From IMG/VR virus record IMGVR_UViG_3300020045_002971, positions 1-35,503 of that record: a stretch of DNA of 35,503 nucleotides. One strand, 5' to 3'. Every line of letters starts with the position of its first letter. Position 1 is the stretch's first letter. The translations under genes were made by a program, and so were the position numbers. This document shows, in pieces, positions 25,317-35,164 of this stretch. A model generated the notes under the pieces. It worked only from the letters and a program-made list of their open reading frames with translations. It was not told where the DNA came from and ran no database searches. The DNA comes from a virus. Taxonomy: Duplodnaviria > Caudoviricetes.

Positions 25317-26093
25317 TTATTCTGTTATTAAATATCCGTCAAATGTTGCGCTGGCGTCTAAGTCTGCTAAAGATCCAAACGCTTGCAATTTTACAATTGC
25401 TGGCCCCTCTATCTTATAAGGTATTTCAAACTTATAGTCGAATGAACTTGACCCATCCCCAACACATCCGAAATGATGCTTGGTTATAAAGTTTGTTGTT
25501 TGTACGTCTGGATTTTCATTGGCTAAAAAGAAGCAATCTATCTTAGTGTTTGCGGTATCATGAAGAGAAAAGTAGTAGTTTTCTAAATATAGATTCTGCG
25601 TTGAAGGAATGCCCAGAATAGCTTGTGTTGTTTGTCCATAACCAGCAAGTATAACAGCAGTTGTAGTACCGTCAGTAGCAGCAATGGCATCAATCCTTCC
25701 AACATTAATAGACGTTGCGCCAGAAGTCAATACCTTCATCCGGTTAATCATTACGTATGAATTAGCTGTGTTGACTCCAATTGCCCCGTTCATCACAACG
25801 TCTTCGAATGTTTCTATGGTTGACCACGTTTTAAGCCCCCATATTCTCACCGTTCTTGCGCCTACTCCAGCCGCTGTATCGCTTCCAGAGCTAGATCTAA
25901 TGTTATGGATTCTTGCGGCAGTTGGCGCCAACCATATTATCTGCGTGGCACCAGAGTTTGACAAAGGCCAAATATCACTCGGAGTAAGTTGAACTCCATC
26001 TGGAGCATTTCCAAATTTATTCACTGGATAATGGTCAGGAACAAGCCCCCTTGCTACCATCAGTTTAAAATCGTAATTCCCGTAATAACTCAT
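25317..26093 (-). CDS. Putative virion structural protein
   Basis: 258-aa beta-rich ORF tightly packed between tail genes. Confidence 0.65.
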   Translation of the reverse strand: MSYYGNYDFKLMVARGLVPDHYPVNKFGNAPDGVQLTPSDIWPLSNSGATQIIWLAPTAARIHNIRSSSGSDTAAGVGARTVRIWGLKTWSTIETFEDVVMNGAIGVNTANSYVMINRMKVLTSGATSINVGRIDAIAATDGTTTAVILAGYGQTTQAILGIPSTQNLYLENYYFSLHDTANTKIDCFFLANENPDVQTTNFITKHHFGCVGDGSSSFDYKFEIPYKIEGPAIVKLQAFGSLADLDASATFDGYLITE

Positions 26094-26095
26094 AG

Positions 26096-28600
26096 TTAAC
26101 TGAAATAAAATTCACCTTGTTTGTAAATAATGTTTGGCGCATCGTAAGCCGTTCTAAATGTCCACGAAGTTGCGCCGCTTAATGTTTCCCCGCCAACCAC
26201 ATCAATTGTCAGGTCGTTGCCACCCGTCTTGACAATATCCCAAGATTGACCCTCTTTATAATTGAACAGCGTTGTGTCAAAGGTTAACGTTATAGCGCCC
26301 CCAGATGTATCGGCAACGATACTCTTTTGACTTGATCTAATGGGTGAATCTGATGTTACTGTCACGGTATTCCCAACCGCAGGCTCAAAGGTTTGTGGAA
26401 CCGCTTGCTCATAACCCGACCGACTACGACCAGCGACAATACGAATCAGTTCACACTTGACTAAATTATTTGTGTTGGCTATCCAATCCTTGATAATATT
26501 TTTCCGGTAAAGAACGCCGTCAACGTTACATAAACGCCTCATAAAATTCTCGTAGAAATCATTCTCGTTTAATCTAAACCAAGCGTTTAAAACTTTTGAA
26601 TCACGACCGGTTAACTCACGTATGAACTGAGCGTGGAACCGGTAGAATAGATTATCAGTAGTATAAGTGGTTGCTGCGTAAAACACCTCAACGGGTCTGC
26701 CAAAATTCAAATCAAATGTTGCGGTTGTCAAGTTGTCAATGTGATGCGCTTGCGGGTAACTTGAATTAGTTGTGATTGCTCCAGTATCTGAGTTGACCAA
26801 ATACCAATCATCGGAGGCGATCAACCCGTTATTAAAATACATTCGGGGCTTACCCTTATGTGGCTTGGTTACTTGTGTTGACGGGTCAACCTGAATGATG
26901 CGTGGAATAATAATATCAGTTCCATCAATTTGAACCGGACACGTTTGAGCAATTCCAACCTGATACACTTTGTCGCCCGTCTTGAACGTTGATGGCACAT
27001 TGTAATCAAAGTCGCCGTAGTCGTGACCAAATTTATCAAAGTACAATTTCTTGTAGTAATCCCGATCTTCAGCCCAACGAAACCGGTAACGCTTACCTTC
27101 GATGTTAGCCGCCGGTTCAATCTCGCATTCGTGATCTCTGGCTATCTTGTCCGACCACTGATCAACGTCATCTGTCTCAAAGAAATATTCATTCTCTGGC
27201 AGTAGAACGATGTTACCATCTTCGTCCGGATCACTCATGTACCCATTGAAGATTGTGATTATATCCTTCATGAAATCAGCCGCTTTCATCTCTGGAAGGA
27301 ACCGGGAAATTTTCACCGTGTCGCCGTCAATTATTCCGCTATTGATTGCGGTTAAATCCATTGATAGGGTATTGTCCAAATCCAAAACAATATCTAGCGT
27401 CTCGCCAACTGCAAACTCGCCAACCGACGAGCCAGCCGTTGAGATTCGCAGAACGCATTGAACGATGTCGCCAGTGTTTGCTTCGATTGCCTGTGTCTCA
27501 GAGAATGTTATTGTATCACTACCTGATGCGGTGTCAATGATCATCTGTGAAAAGGTATTTAGCACGGCGCCATTCACGTAAATAATCAATTCAGTTTTGA
27601 TTCTGATAACCTGAGTTACCAGAGTTGGATCAGAATAAGCGTAATCAATCGGAAACGTACCAGAAAATGCAAGTGAATAACTGCCTCCGTTAGCAACAAC
27701 GATCTCACCGCTTGGAGCGTCGAGTTGCGCTAAGTCATCATTGACCAATGTGAGCGTTATGAATCCAGCGGTTGCTACCGGAATGTAGATCAGTGACTCA
27801 AATTTCGTGGTCGTGAATAGCACATCGTAGTATGAATAGCCTACGTTATACGTGTTTGTTCCGTCACCGGTATAATTTACCCTACGTTCTGCAACCTGAG
27901 ATGAGTCGAGCAGGATAGGTTCGCCACCGCCTGACCCCCATGTCAATTTTTTATACAATGCGGTGTTGAAAAAACCGCCCGACAAAGTAAATCCGGCGTG
28001 AGCAAAGCACTTTTCAACAATCTCTTTAACATAAACGTGTGGATAAAGTTGATTAGTAAGCACGCTCAACGGATCTGCACTCAAGCCATAATCTACCAAT
28101 GGATACCAAACACCTGAGCCGGTTGCGGCCGACCATGTGGCCTGAATGTTTGCAACGCTCAATGTGTGATCGTATGCCTCCCAGCCCAGTTCACTTACTT
28201 TAATGTCACCAAGCGCTTGAAACATATCAACGATCTCAGAATAAAGCACCGTGTGGAAGTTGTTCACCATGCCATGCTCTTGATATTTCTGGCGGGTAAC
28301 CTTCAGTAAGTGCGCTGATCCTTTAAAGAATGGTTTACCGTTGCGCTCTGCCAGAAATGGGTAACGGAGTGTTGGGTCAAAATCAAACCCAATCAAGTCA
28401 CCGTACACGTCCGAGGCTTTTAGATTGTAAGCAGACAAATAAAAGCGGTTATTCTTTTGTGTTCCGGGTAAAATTATTGTTTTAGAACTTGACCGTTTCC
28501 GTGCTTCAGGTTTCTTTGCATCAGCCTGTGCGAACGTCACAGGAAAATTCACATCTTCTGCCAAATCCAATTCCTGATTATTTACGTAGAGCCTTATCAT
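26096..28600 (-). CDS. Large tail-tip / baseplate hub protein
   Basis: ELDL...SKTIILPGTQKNN N-terminus, YPLVDYG, beta-rich insertion. Confidence 0.75.
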   Translation of the reverse strand: MIRLYVNNQELDLAEDVNFPVTFAQADAKKPEARKRSSSKTIILPGTQKNNRFYLSAYNLKASDVYGDLIGFDFDPTLRYPFLAERNGKPFFKGSAHLLKVTRQKYQEHGMVNNFHTVLYSEIVDMFQALGDIKVSELGWEAYDHTLSVANIQATWSAATGSGVWYPLVDYGLSADPLSVLTNQLYPHVYVKEIVEKCFAHAGFTLSGGFFNTALYKKLTWGSGGGEPILLDSSQVAERRVNYTGDGTNTYNVGYSYYDVLFTTTKFESLIYIPVATAGFITLTLVNDDLAQLDAPSGEIVVANGGSYSLAFSGTFPIDYAYSDPTLVTQVIRIKTELIIYVNGAVLNTFSQMIIDTASGSDTITFSETQAIEANTGDIVQCVLRISTAGSSVGEFAVGETLDIVLDLDNTLSMDLTAINSGIIDGDTVKISRFLPEMKAADFMKDIITIFNGYMSDPDEDGNIVLLPENEYFFETDDVDQWSDKIARDHECEIEPAANIEGKRYRFRWAEDRDYYKKLYFDKFGHDYGDFDYNVPSTFKTGDKVYQVGIAQTCPVQIDGTDIIIPRIIQVDPSTQVTKPHKGKPRMYFNNGLIASDDWYLVNSDTGAITTNSSYPQAHHIDNLTTATFDLNFGRPVEVFYAATTYTTDNLFYRFHAQFIRELTGRDSKVLNAWFRLNENDFYENFMRRLCNVDGVLYRKNIIKDWIANTNNLVKCELIRIVAGRSRSGYEQAVPQTFEPAVGNTVTVTSDSPIRSSQKSIVADTSGGAITLTFDTTLFNYKEGQSWDIVKTGGNDLTIDVVGGETLSGATSWTFRTAYDAPNIIYKQGEFYFS

Positions 28601-29757
28601 ACGATCATAGAGTTATAACCCGGCAAATCAATCGTAACCTCTTCCAAGAATAGCATATCATTCTCCTGAATCTTTTCGTCAATGGTTTTATTCGTAACCC
28701 TGCGGCGAATCATTAACGTTCCAGACTCTTCATAAACAATTGGTGAGCCGTATAGGTTCAACACCATCCAGTTCTGATTCTCTTCGGTGAGCCAGTCAGA
28801 TACACATTTCATTGATCGTGCAACCGTCTTGCCATAATCAATATCACGGCCTTGCTCTTTGCCAAAAACAAACTGATTCCCGTTCCATTCTCCAAATCCT
28901 TTGCGGTAAGAATGTGATTCTACGGTGCCGGACCTACGACTAATCAAACCAAACGACCACGAAGCAATGTCGCCCCACTGAGTTAAGAAGTGAAGGCGCT
29001 TGTAAGTATCATACACTAACGATGTATCAATATCAATTCGGAAAGCAACCACATCTAAAAGATCCTCAACGGTGTAATAAGCCGCAGCATCAAAATCGCT
29101 TTGCTGAATGCCGATTGATTCGTTCACAATCACGGACGGCGTGACGTTTACCATGAGCAAACGGAACGATGTTGCTGTGAATCCGTAAGTACCAGAGGCG
29201 AGCAAGTTGTCGCCGGAGTCATATACTTTGATCAGTATATTGACGTTGTTTAGGTTGTTGATCAGTAGTAACCGGATCTGTTCATCGGTTGCCCGGACCT
29301 TTGGCGAGATGTCCGCAATAGGATAGTTCGTTAAGAACTTGGCAGACGTTCCAAAGATATAATCTGCCGGGTCCCAATCAACGAAATCATCATCTAACAT
29401 TCTGGCTTTCCATGCTGTGATATTTGTTCCGGCGGCGTTTGCTCCGTCTGCCACAGGGTCACCGTAACGCTCAACGATTGTGATCTTGACCTTGCAATAG
29501 TTGTTGGCATCCACAACCAGATCGGATGAAATGGTCGGAGGCTGACAATTAACTGAAGCTATCCATGAAGCATCATAACGGGCGTAAATTCCCGATGTTG
29601 GGAATACCAAATCAGTTGCAACTTGCACATCGTTTATAAACACTTTGACCGCATAAACGAAATTCGGTTGCGCCGTCTGGTCAGATGAGAATGTCCAGAT
29701 AATCGGGTTATCTGAGGGCGTATAAGATTCTGGGGTTTGGTGGATCGTGACGCTCAT
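28597..29757 (-). CDS. Tail protein (distal-tail-like)
   Basis: 386 aa, coupled to the hub gene; RLHFLTQWGD...SDWLTE...LYGSPIVY. Confidence 0.65.
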   Translation of the reverse strand: MSVTIHQTPESYTPSDNPIIWTFSSDQTAQPNFVYAVKVFINDVQVATDLVFPTSGIYARYDASWIASVNCQPPTISSDLVVDANNYCKVKITIVERYGDPVADGANAAGTNITAWKARMLDDDFVDWDPADYIFGTSAKFLTNYPIADISPKVRATDEQIRLLLINNLNNVNILIKVYDSGDNLLASGTYGFTATSFRLLMVNVTPSVIVNESIGIQQSDFDAAAYYTVEDLLDVVAFRIDIDTSLVYDTYKRLHFLTQWGDIASWSFGLISRRSGTVESHSYRKGFGEWNGNQFVFGKEQGRDIDYGKTVARSMKCVSDWLTEENQNWMVLNLYGSPIVYEESGTLMIRRRVTNKTIDEKIQENDMLFLEEVTIDLPGYNSMIV

Positions 29758-29758
29758 A

Positions 29759-30358
29759 TTAAATAAGGTTTACCATTGCATCGATTAATAAATTTTCTAG
29801 TTCTTTGAGTGATTCTTCGTTGATAGATTTACCCACGAAGTTTGACGGCTTAATACCTTTACGCTTAACGGCACGGGCAAATACAAAAGCTGCAGCTCGG
29901 TAATCCGATTCGGTGGTTAACTGATAAGTCTCACCGCCGTATGTAAGCGAAGTGATCCCTTTCGATGCAAGCCAATTCTGTTTGCCTTTACCCATGAATG
30001 AATCAATCATGGCCCGCCCAGGTATTTCAGTTTTGAACGAATAGGTTTGACCGAATTTATTTGGAATTGCACCGGCCGAACCGCGCACACCGTCAACGCC
30101 TGAGTTGACATAATCCCAATAATCATCGGCGAGAAAGTCAACTGTAAGAATCCCGCCGTCATTCCCAAACTTGAACCCGATTGAGGCAGCCAAAGAGCCG
30201 CTACCCTTTGGCGTGTTGGTTTTCATTTCTGCAACATTGCTTTCGGCAAATTGCTTCATGATCATTGCAAGCAGGTTGCTGGATTCGGTTTTGACTGTCT
30301 CAGCAGCTTTGCCGAGTGTTTGAGCAAATTCGCCTATTGGTATCTTCGACTTAGCCAT
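29759..30358 (-). CDS. Tail completion / HK97-gp10-like protein
   Basis: SGSLAASI, YWDYVNSGVDG, FARAVKRKGIKPSNF; ATG at 30358. Confidence 0.65.
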   Translation of the reverse strand: MAKSKIPIGEFAQTLGKAAETVKTESSNLLAMIMKQFAESNVAEMKTNTPKGSGSLAASIGFKFGNDGGILTVDFLADDYWDYVNSGVDGVRGSAGAIPNKFGQTYSFKTEIPGRAMIDSFMGKGKQNWLASKGITSLTYGGETYQLTTESDYRAAAFVFARAVKRKGIKPSNFVGKSINEESLKELENLLIDAMVNLI

Positions 30359-30361
30359 CAA

Positions 30362-30391
30362 AGATAAGACGGGAATGTTTGGAATTGTGCG
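30362..30391 (-). promoter_or_regulatory. Putative phage late promoter 2 (CGCACAA-N12-CCGTCTTATCT)
   Basis: Same motif as 20054-20083; ends 3 nt before the ATG at 30358. Confidence 0.75.
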
Positions 30392-30394
30392 AGG

Positions 30395-30631
30395 TTACTT
30401 TTTCTTAACCTTCATAATCGTATGCTCAATATGATCACACCGATACCGATAGTACACAATGTTCCAAGATAGAACCTCATCCATGGTTAAGCCCTCATGC
30501 TTTGCCACAAAGTCAACTGAATCCTCCCACTCCCATTGTTTGGGTTTGCGTGGTTTTATTTTCTTGGTATTCGGGAGAGTTGATTTTCCAGATAGGATAG
30601 GCGCAAGACGGGTAAGCTCTCCAAAAAAAAA
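30395..30631 (-). CDS. -1 frameshift extension of the tail assembly chaperone (gpGT-like)
   Basis: T9 run at 30623-30631; -1 frame open to TAA at 30395-30397: FGELTRLAPILSGKSTLPNTKKIKPRKPKQWEWEDSVDFVAKHEGLTMDEVLSWNIVYYRYRCDHIEHTIMKVKKK. Confidence 0.75.
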   Translation of the reverse strand, partial: FFFGELTRLAPILSGKSTLPNTKKIKPRKPKQWEWEDSVDFVAKHEGLTMDEVLSWNIVYYRYRCDHIEHTIMKVKKK

Positions 30632-31143
30632 GCCGACACCTCAATGTATTGCGCCAAATTGAAATGCGGCTCTAAGGCTTTGGCTCGCGTGTGCCGTTCG
30701 TTTAGAATGACTTTTGAGTCTTTATCGATCTTATTGTAGGACATGCCCTCTTCAATGTAGCAGAACGCTAACAAGTCAGCCGGATGTTCTTCAAATTTGC
30801 AACGGCTTATATCCCGATGGAATGATACAGGTTGTTTAGAATAGTCGGATTGCCAAACGTACTTTTGATCTCCGATAATTATTTCAGGTCGCAACGGTTC
30901 CGGCTTACGCTTTTCGGTTGAATCGATAATGTTGTTGAGTAGTTCCAAATTACTATCATGCGTGAACTTATCGAAGTACTCCAATTCGTAACCGTAGAAC
31001 AAAGCGCAAAGGTCAGACACCTCTTCAGGTCGCAAATCGGTTGTCAGCTTATTACCCTCCTTCATCTTTGCTATTGCGAAATAGAATGGAAGATGTGACA
31101 GATTCATGTCGCTTAGACTGTCGGGCACTTTGATTGTCTGCAT
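30556..31143 (-). CDS. Tail assembly chaperone (gpG-like)
   Basis: 195 aa with a slippery AFFL near the C-terminus; precedes tail genes. Confidence 0.7.
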   Translation of the reverse strand: MQTIKVPDSLSDMNLSHLPFYFAIAKMKEGNKLTTDLRPEEVSDLCALFYGYELEYFDKFTHDSNLELLNNIIDSTEKRKPEPLRPEIIIGDQKYVWQSDYSKQPVSFHRDISRCKFEEHPADLLAFCYIEEGMSYNKIDKDSKVILNERHTRAKALEPHFNLAQYIEVSAFFLESLPVLRLSYLENQLSRIPRK

Positions 31144-31145
31144 AA

Positions 31146-31400
31146 TTATTCTTTTAATTCGATTAGATGAGACGGATCAATTTCTTCAATTTCATAATTT
31201 ACAAATCCTGCTTTCTTCTTTTCAGGAACTATTCTAAACTCAATCTCACCATGCCAAGTCGTTTTGAATTCACCATTTGTAAAATACGACAACTCATAAA
31301 CAACGTGTGCCTCACGAATACATACACCAGTTACCAATGCTTCAATCTTTCCAATTACGGTTTCAACCTTGGTGCCATGCTTAACTATTTTTAGAGCCAT
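31146..31400 (-). CDS. Hypothetical protein
   Basis: 84-aa ORF overlapping the upstream GT and 2 nt from the chaperone start. Confidence 0.7.
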   Translation of the reverse strand: MALKIVKHGTKVETVIGKIEALVTGVCIREAHVVYELSYFTNGEFKTTWHGEIEFRIVPEKKKAGFVNYEIEEIDPSHLIELKE

Positions 31401-32106
31401 ATCTCAATTGAAAAATTTCGTTTGCAATCTGATTCTGTCTTGGCGTTCCTTTCGATGCCTCGGTAAAGAAAATTGATTCTTTGTTGTCAATGTGACCTAT
31501 CCAATTTGGAGCGTGACTAATGACTCCCATTTGCTTGTTCTGTTTGGCCGCCTCAAGTGAAAACACTAGATCACTCATTCTTTGATCTGGTGAGTTTGCT
31601 AATCCTTTGGGATGGAAATAACGGGTATCGAATCCGGTTACACCGGTGCCAACAACATCAACAATCTCGTCGTGAATAACCCCGTGAATGCAGTGAAAGA
31701 TTTTGTGATCCGTGTAGTAATTAAGTCCAGTTCCGAGTAATTGCCGCCCGTGAAATGATATGATGCACTTGTAGTGATCAATAGCAGCTTCCAATCTTTT
31801 GCGATAATCTGGTGGATAAATCAAGTCATCGTCAAGGGTGCAATATTTTTCAGGGTGTTCCACCGTGTCAAGAAAAATAAACTTGCCGTTGTCGGTGTGG
31901 TTTGATGATGCGATGCATGCAGTGATTTTAATTGGTGATTCAAAATCGAGATCGTGAAATCCTTCGCCAATATGTTTGACAGGCCAATCGTTAAAGCATA
32001 CCCGAACCTCATCAAATTGCCCTTCGATACTTTTAAGCATTCGTTTAAGGCTTTCCTTTCTTGGCGGGTAGGTAGCTATGTTTGCGGTTACTTTCATTAG
32101 AAACAA
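31381..32106 (-). CDS. Glycosyltransferase, GT-A fold (GT2-like)
   Basis: ANIATYPPR, DNGKF, YCTLDDDLIYPPDY, GTG, MSDL; true start may be MKVTAN at 32097. Confidence 0.85.
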   Translation of the reverse strand: MFLMKVTANIATYPPRKESLKRMLKSIEGQFDEVRVCFNDWPVKHIGEGFHDLDFESPIKITACIASSNHTDNGKFIFLDTVEHPEKYCTLDDDLIYPPDYRKRLEAAIDHYKCIISFHGRQLLGTGLNYYTDHKIFHCIHGVIHDEIVDVVGTGVTGFDTRYFHPKGLANSPDQRMSDLVFSLEAAKQNKQMGVISHAPNWIGHIDNKESIFFTEASKGTPRQNQIANEIFQLRYGSKNS

Positions 32107-33164
32107 TATTTTTTAAAGAACGTGTAAGGTACAATCTTCATTTTAGCCATGATCCAGATCAACGGTCGGTAGCGTTTGAAGTTGTATGTCTTGAAATCTT
32201 TATGCGTGCGCTTTTCGTTGGTGATTAAACTGAAATCAATATCCTTAAACTTTGCCAGATCAACCACTCCCTTATGATTGAAAATGGTTCGAGCCTCTTC
32301 CTTTGAAATCATTCCAGATCTGACCTGAGCCGAAAGGTAAACGATGCGTTTGTCAATCTTGAATTTGTTTGGCAGCAAATAAGCGCCGACAAACTCAGTA
32401 TAAATATTCTCAGCGTGCTTGCCTCCGTATGGTCGCCAGTCGCAGTACGAAATCATTTCGGCTTCCAATAGGCTGCGATCAGTCATGTAGTGAAACGGCC
32501 TGATATTCTTGATTCCTTTGAGTGAGTAAATGATTTGATCCTTAAAAGTAAATAGCGGGTAATTGGTTAATTCTTTGCGGGTGTACCAACGATAAACAGA
32601 ACGAATGTATTCAGCATCCATGTACGTCCAGCCTTTCGGCGTTGATCCTTCTTCACGGAAATCATGTCCGTTCAAAATATATTTGATACCGTACTTATCA
32701 GCCGTTTGATACATCAACTTAGTCATCGCAATGTCATTCGGGATATCAGCGTCAGGAACGCCAGCACAAAGAAAGGCATCGTTCAAAGTATCGTATTCGT
32801 CCTTGTTGACTGTGTACGTAATTGAATCCACGCCAAGGCGCTGAATCAAATTGCTCATGTTCTTTTTTGCAATCTCTGAGTTCCAATGATTATCAAAGTG
32901 GATAACAAGCGGTTTAAGGTTCCACCATTTAACAGCGGCATAAAGCATTGCACTTGAGTCCTTGCCGCCTGAGATACCGATAATACAATTGTACTTGCCC
33001 TTCTGTTTGCGAACCTTTACAAGTTGCTTTTCAAAGTCAATCGGGTTGGATTGCTTTTCCAGAGTGTCGTGAATATCACAGTACTCACATTGAGTTTCTC
33101 CGATCTTTGCTATGTCTGAGGTAAACAGACAGCGAGGGCATTCCTCTAAGGCTCCTTTTTCCAT
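32097..33164 (-). CDS. N-acetyl sugar amidotransferase (WbuX/WbpG-like PP-loop ATPase)
   Basis: N-terminal CPRC...CEYC, YNCIIGISGGKDS, PLVIHFDNHW, YGGKHAEN, LSAQVRSGMISKEEA. Confidence 0.88.
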   Translation of the reverse strand: MEKGALEECPRCLFTSDIAKIGETQCEYCDIHDTLEKQSNPIDFEKQLVKVRKQKGKYNCIIGISGGKDSSAMLYAAVKWWNLKPLVIHFDNHWNSEIAKKNMSNLIQRLGVDSITYTVNKDEYDTLNDAFLCAGVPDADIPNDIAMTKLMYQTADKYGIKYILNGHDFREEGSTPKGWTYMDAEYIRSVYRWYTRKELTNYPLFTFKDQIIYSLKGIKNIRPFHYMTDRSLLEAEMISYCDWRPYGGKHAENIYTEFVGAYLLPNKFKIDKRIVYLSAQVRSGMISKEEARTIFNHKGVVDLAKFKDIDFSLITNEKRTHKDFKTYNFKRYRPLIWIMAKMKIVPYTFFKKYCF

Positions 33165-33733
33165 TGGTAAATTTTATAAAGTGCGTCATTTCCGCTTTCC
33201 ATTTGCAAACCTACAAATTCAAATCCAAACGATTTATAATCATGTCCGTAATAGAACTGACCCTTAATGTCCGTCGTCTCACAAATAATAATTGAATGGT
33301 TGGCTATGCGCTTAAATTCTTGCACAATATCGGAAATATCTTCGATGTGGCAAAGCACTGAGGTTGTTACGATAATATCAAACTGAGTGATCCGGCATAG
33401 GTGGTACTCATCGCCCAGTATCAACATATCAATTTGATTCTTTGCCTTTGCGTGAATGATATTCAAGAAACTCATATCAATTCCGCAAGCCGTTAAGCCC
33501 TTGATTGAATCGCGCAAGTACTTCAGATTCTTGCCAACACCACAACCAAAATCTAAGACTGACCTCGGACTGTTTGATATTACAAAATCGTTCATCATTT
33601 CATCAAGCGGTGCTATCTCATCGTTTGCTTGGTAGTTATGGTAAAAACTTTTCGGGTGCATTGTTGTTTTATTTAATTGGGGTGGAAATCGAGGTACATC
33701 ATTTGGATGCTCTAAACCATAGCTTCGTTTCAT
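33146..33733 (-). CDS. Class I SAM-dependent methyltransferase
   Basis: VLDFGCGVG, GIDMS, FDIIVTTSVLCHI. Confidence 0.9.
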   Translation of the reverse strand: MKRSYGLEHPNDVPRFPPQLNKTTMHPKSFYHNYQANDEIAPLDEMMNDFVISNSPRSVLDFGCGVGKNLKYLRDSIKGLTACGIDMSFLNIIHAKAKNQIDMLILGDEYHLCRITQFDIIVTTSVLCHIEDISDIVQEFKRIANHSIIICETTDIKGQFYYGHDYKSFGFEFVGLQMESGNDALYKIYQWKKEP

Positions 33734-34438
33734 TTAAAAAATTATTTTATGTTCAGGAAATTCTTTATCAAGCCAATCCGTTTCGAGTCTCTTTGAGAAT
33801 GCTGGTACTTTGTTGAGCCAATGATCTTCAAACTTATGAAGATTATCCCAACGATTTGTGGATATGCTTAGTGATTTGATATGATCGCCAGTGATCAGTT
33901 TCATCTTGCCGCCGTTGTCTCTGACTTTTAAATACATTTGCCAGTCAAGGGAATGATTGGCGCCTTCATAAAATGGCTTCCAGTCGAATGAGTCCATAAT
34001 CTTTGCCGACACTATGCGCCCGATTCCAATTGGTTCGTATTGACGCTCACCTTTACCATAACCAGACCACCAGCAAGAACGCAATGATGTGCCAATGTCA
34101 AGCATGTAAAAGTCAGGCTTACCAATCATATCGTACTCGCCCAAATAAGGAAGCGACTCATCAAGCCAATTGTCACTGAGCCAGTCAGAAGATCCAACAA
34201 ACAGCAAAGCGTCAGGCATCAACTCACGGGCGGCAACAAATCCAGCGTTCCACTTCTTACCAAGCGGTTTGTTCTCGTGCATGATGAACATTGCGCCAGC
34301 ATCTGTGCAAGTGTTACGCTCTTCTTGACTGCCAACGCATACGACGGCTGAAACTTTATTCTTATTCAGTAACCTTTGAATCGTTTGTTTAAGCAAGGGC
34401 AAGCGACCATGACACGCAACTACTGCAACTACTTTCAT
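33734..34438 (-). CDS. Glycosyltransferase-like protein, GT-A fold
   Basis: VACHGR, NKPLGKKWNAG, LLFVGSSDW (degenerate DxD), EPIGIGR, SLD. Confidence 0.75.
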   Translation of the reverse strand: MKVVAVVACHGRLPLLKQTIQRLLNKNKVSAVVCVGSQEERNTCTDAGAMFIMHENKPLGKKWNAGFVAARELMPDALLFVGSSDWLSDNWLDESLPYLGEYDMIGKPDFYMLDIGTSLRSCWWSGYGKGERQYEPIGIGRIVSAKIMDSFDWKPFYEGANHSLDWQMYLKVRDNGGKMKLITGDHIKSLSISTNRWDNLHKFEDHWLNKVPAFSKRLETDWLDKEFPEHKIIF

Positions 34439-35163
34439 TTACTGATTAATTTTGTGGTTTTTCTGTGTTCCTTGTGCATCACTGACTCATGATCCCCATG
34501 AAAAGCAAGCGATATGTCAGGCAGCATCATAGGGCAGCCAAGCGCACGAAGTTTCTGAGTCATTTGATAACCTACGCCACTTGATTTGTCTGGACGGTCG
34601 AACCATGCTGAAGTCACTGGTTCAATGTCGAACGCTTGCAAGGTTGTTCTATTGGTCACAAATGCCCCGTCAACGTAATCACATTGTTGCCATACTCGAC
34701 CAGCCAAGGTAAAATCTTCTTGAATCGGTTTGTATTGCCCCCATCGATAACACTCTCCTGCATTCAGTAGGTTAAGTGCAAAGAGCCTATCAGTCCAGCC
34801 TTGCTTCGTGATCTCTTCAATGGCTTTCAAATCAATGTTGCTAACATCGTCAGGCAGAAAGCAAAAGTATTCATGATCAGTACCGAGTGCAATCTGACGA
34901 GCGAGTAGCCACTTTTTCCAGAATCCTTGTTTGCCTTCGTGGATGGTGCGGATTATCTCGTCACACTGAAAGCAGTACGGACCTATGTTTCTTGTGGGGC
35001 TACCTAACCAATCACTACCGTCATCAATAACTATGATTTGTCTATTTGAAGACGTAAGAACAGTGTACCCATGTTCATCAACTGACTTGTTCATCGCGCT
35101 TATCTCGTTAATCAGCGCCTTCAGCATCTGCTCCCGATTGTAGGTGAAGATTACGAACAGCAT
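34435..35163 (-). CDS. Glycosyltransferase, GT2-like
   Basis: IFTYNREQML, IIVIDDGS, YFCFLPDD, SSGVG, HGDHES; ATG at 35163. Confidence 0.85.
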   Translation of the reverse strand: MLFVIFTYNREQMLKALINEISAMNKSVDEHGYTVLTSSNRQIIVIDDGSDWLGSPTRNIGPYCFQCDEIIRTIHEGKQGFWKKWLLARQIALGTDHEYFCFLPDDVSNIDLKAIEEITKQGWTDRLFALNLLNAGECYRWGQYKPIQEDFTLAGRVWQQCDYVDGAFVTNRTTLQAFDIEPVTSAWFDRPDKSSGVGYQMTQKLRALGCPMMLPDISLAFHGDHESVMHKEHRKTTKLISK

Positions 35164-35164
35164 A

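Noticed and set aside
32097-33164. QueC / 7-deazaguanine DNA-modification or PAPS-reductase (DndC) gene, suggested by SGGKDS
   Set aside because: The N-terminal CxxC...CxxC, the HFDNHW motif and the length fit N-acetyl sugar amidotransferases; no folE, queD, queE, dpdA or dnd genes are present
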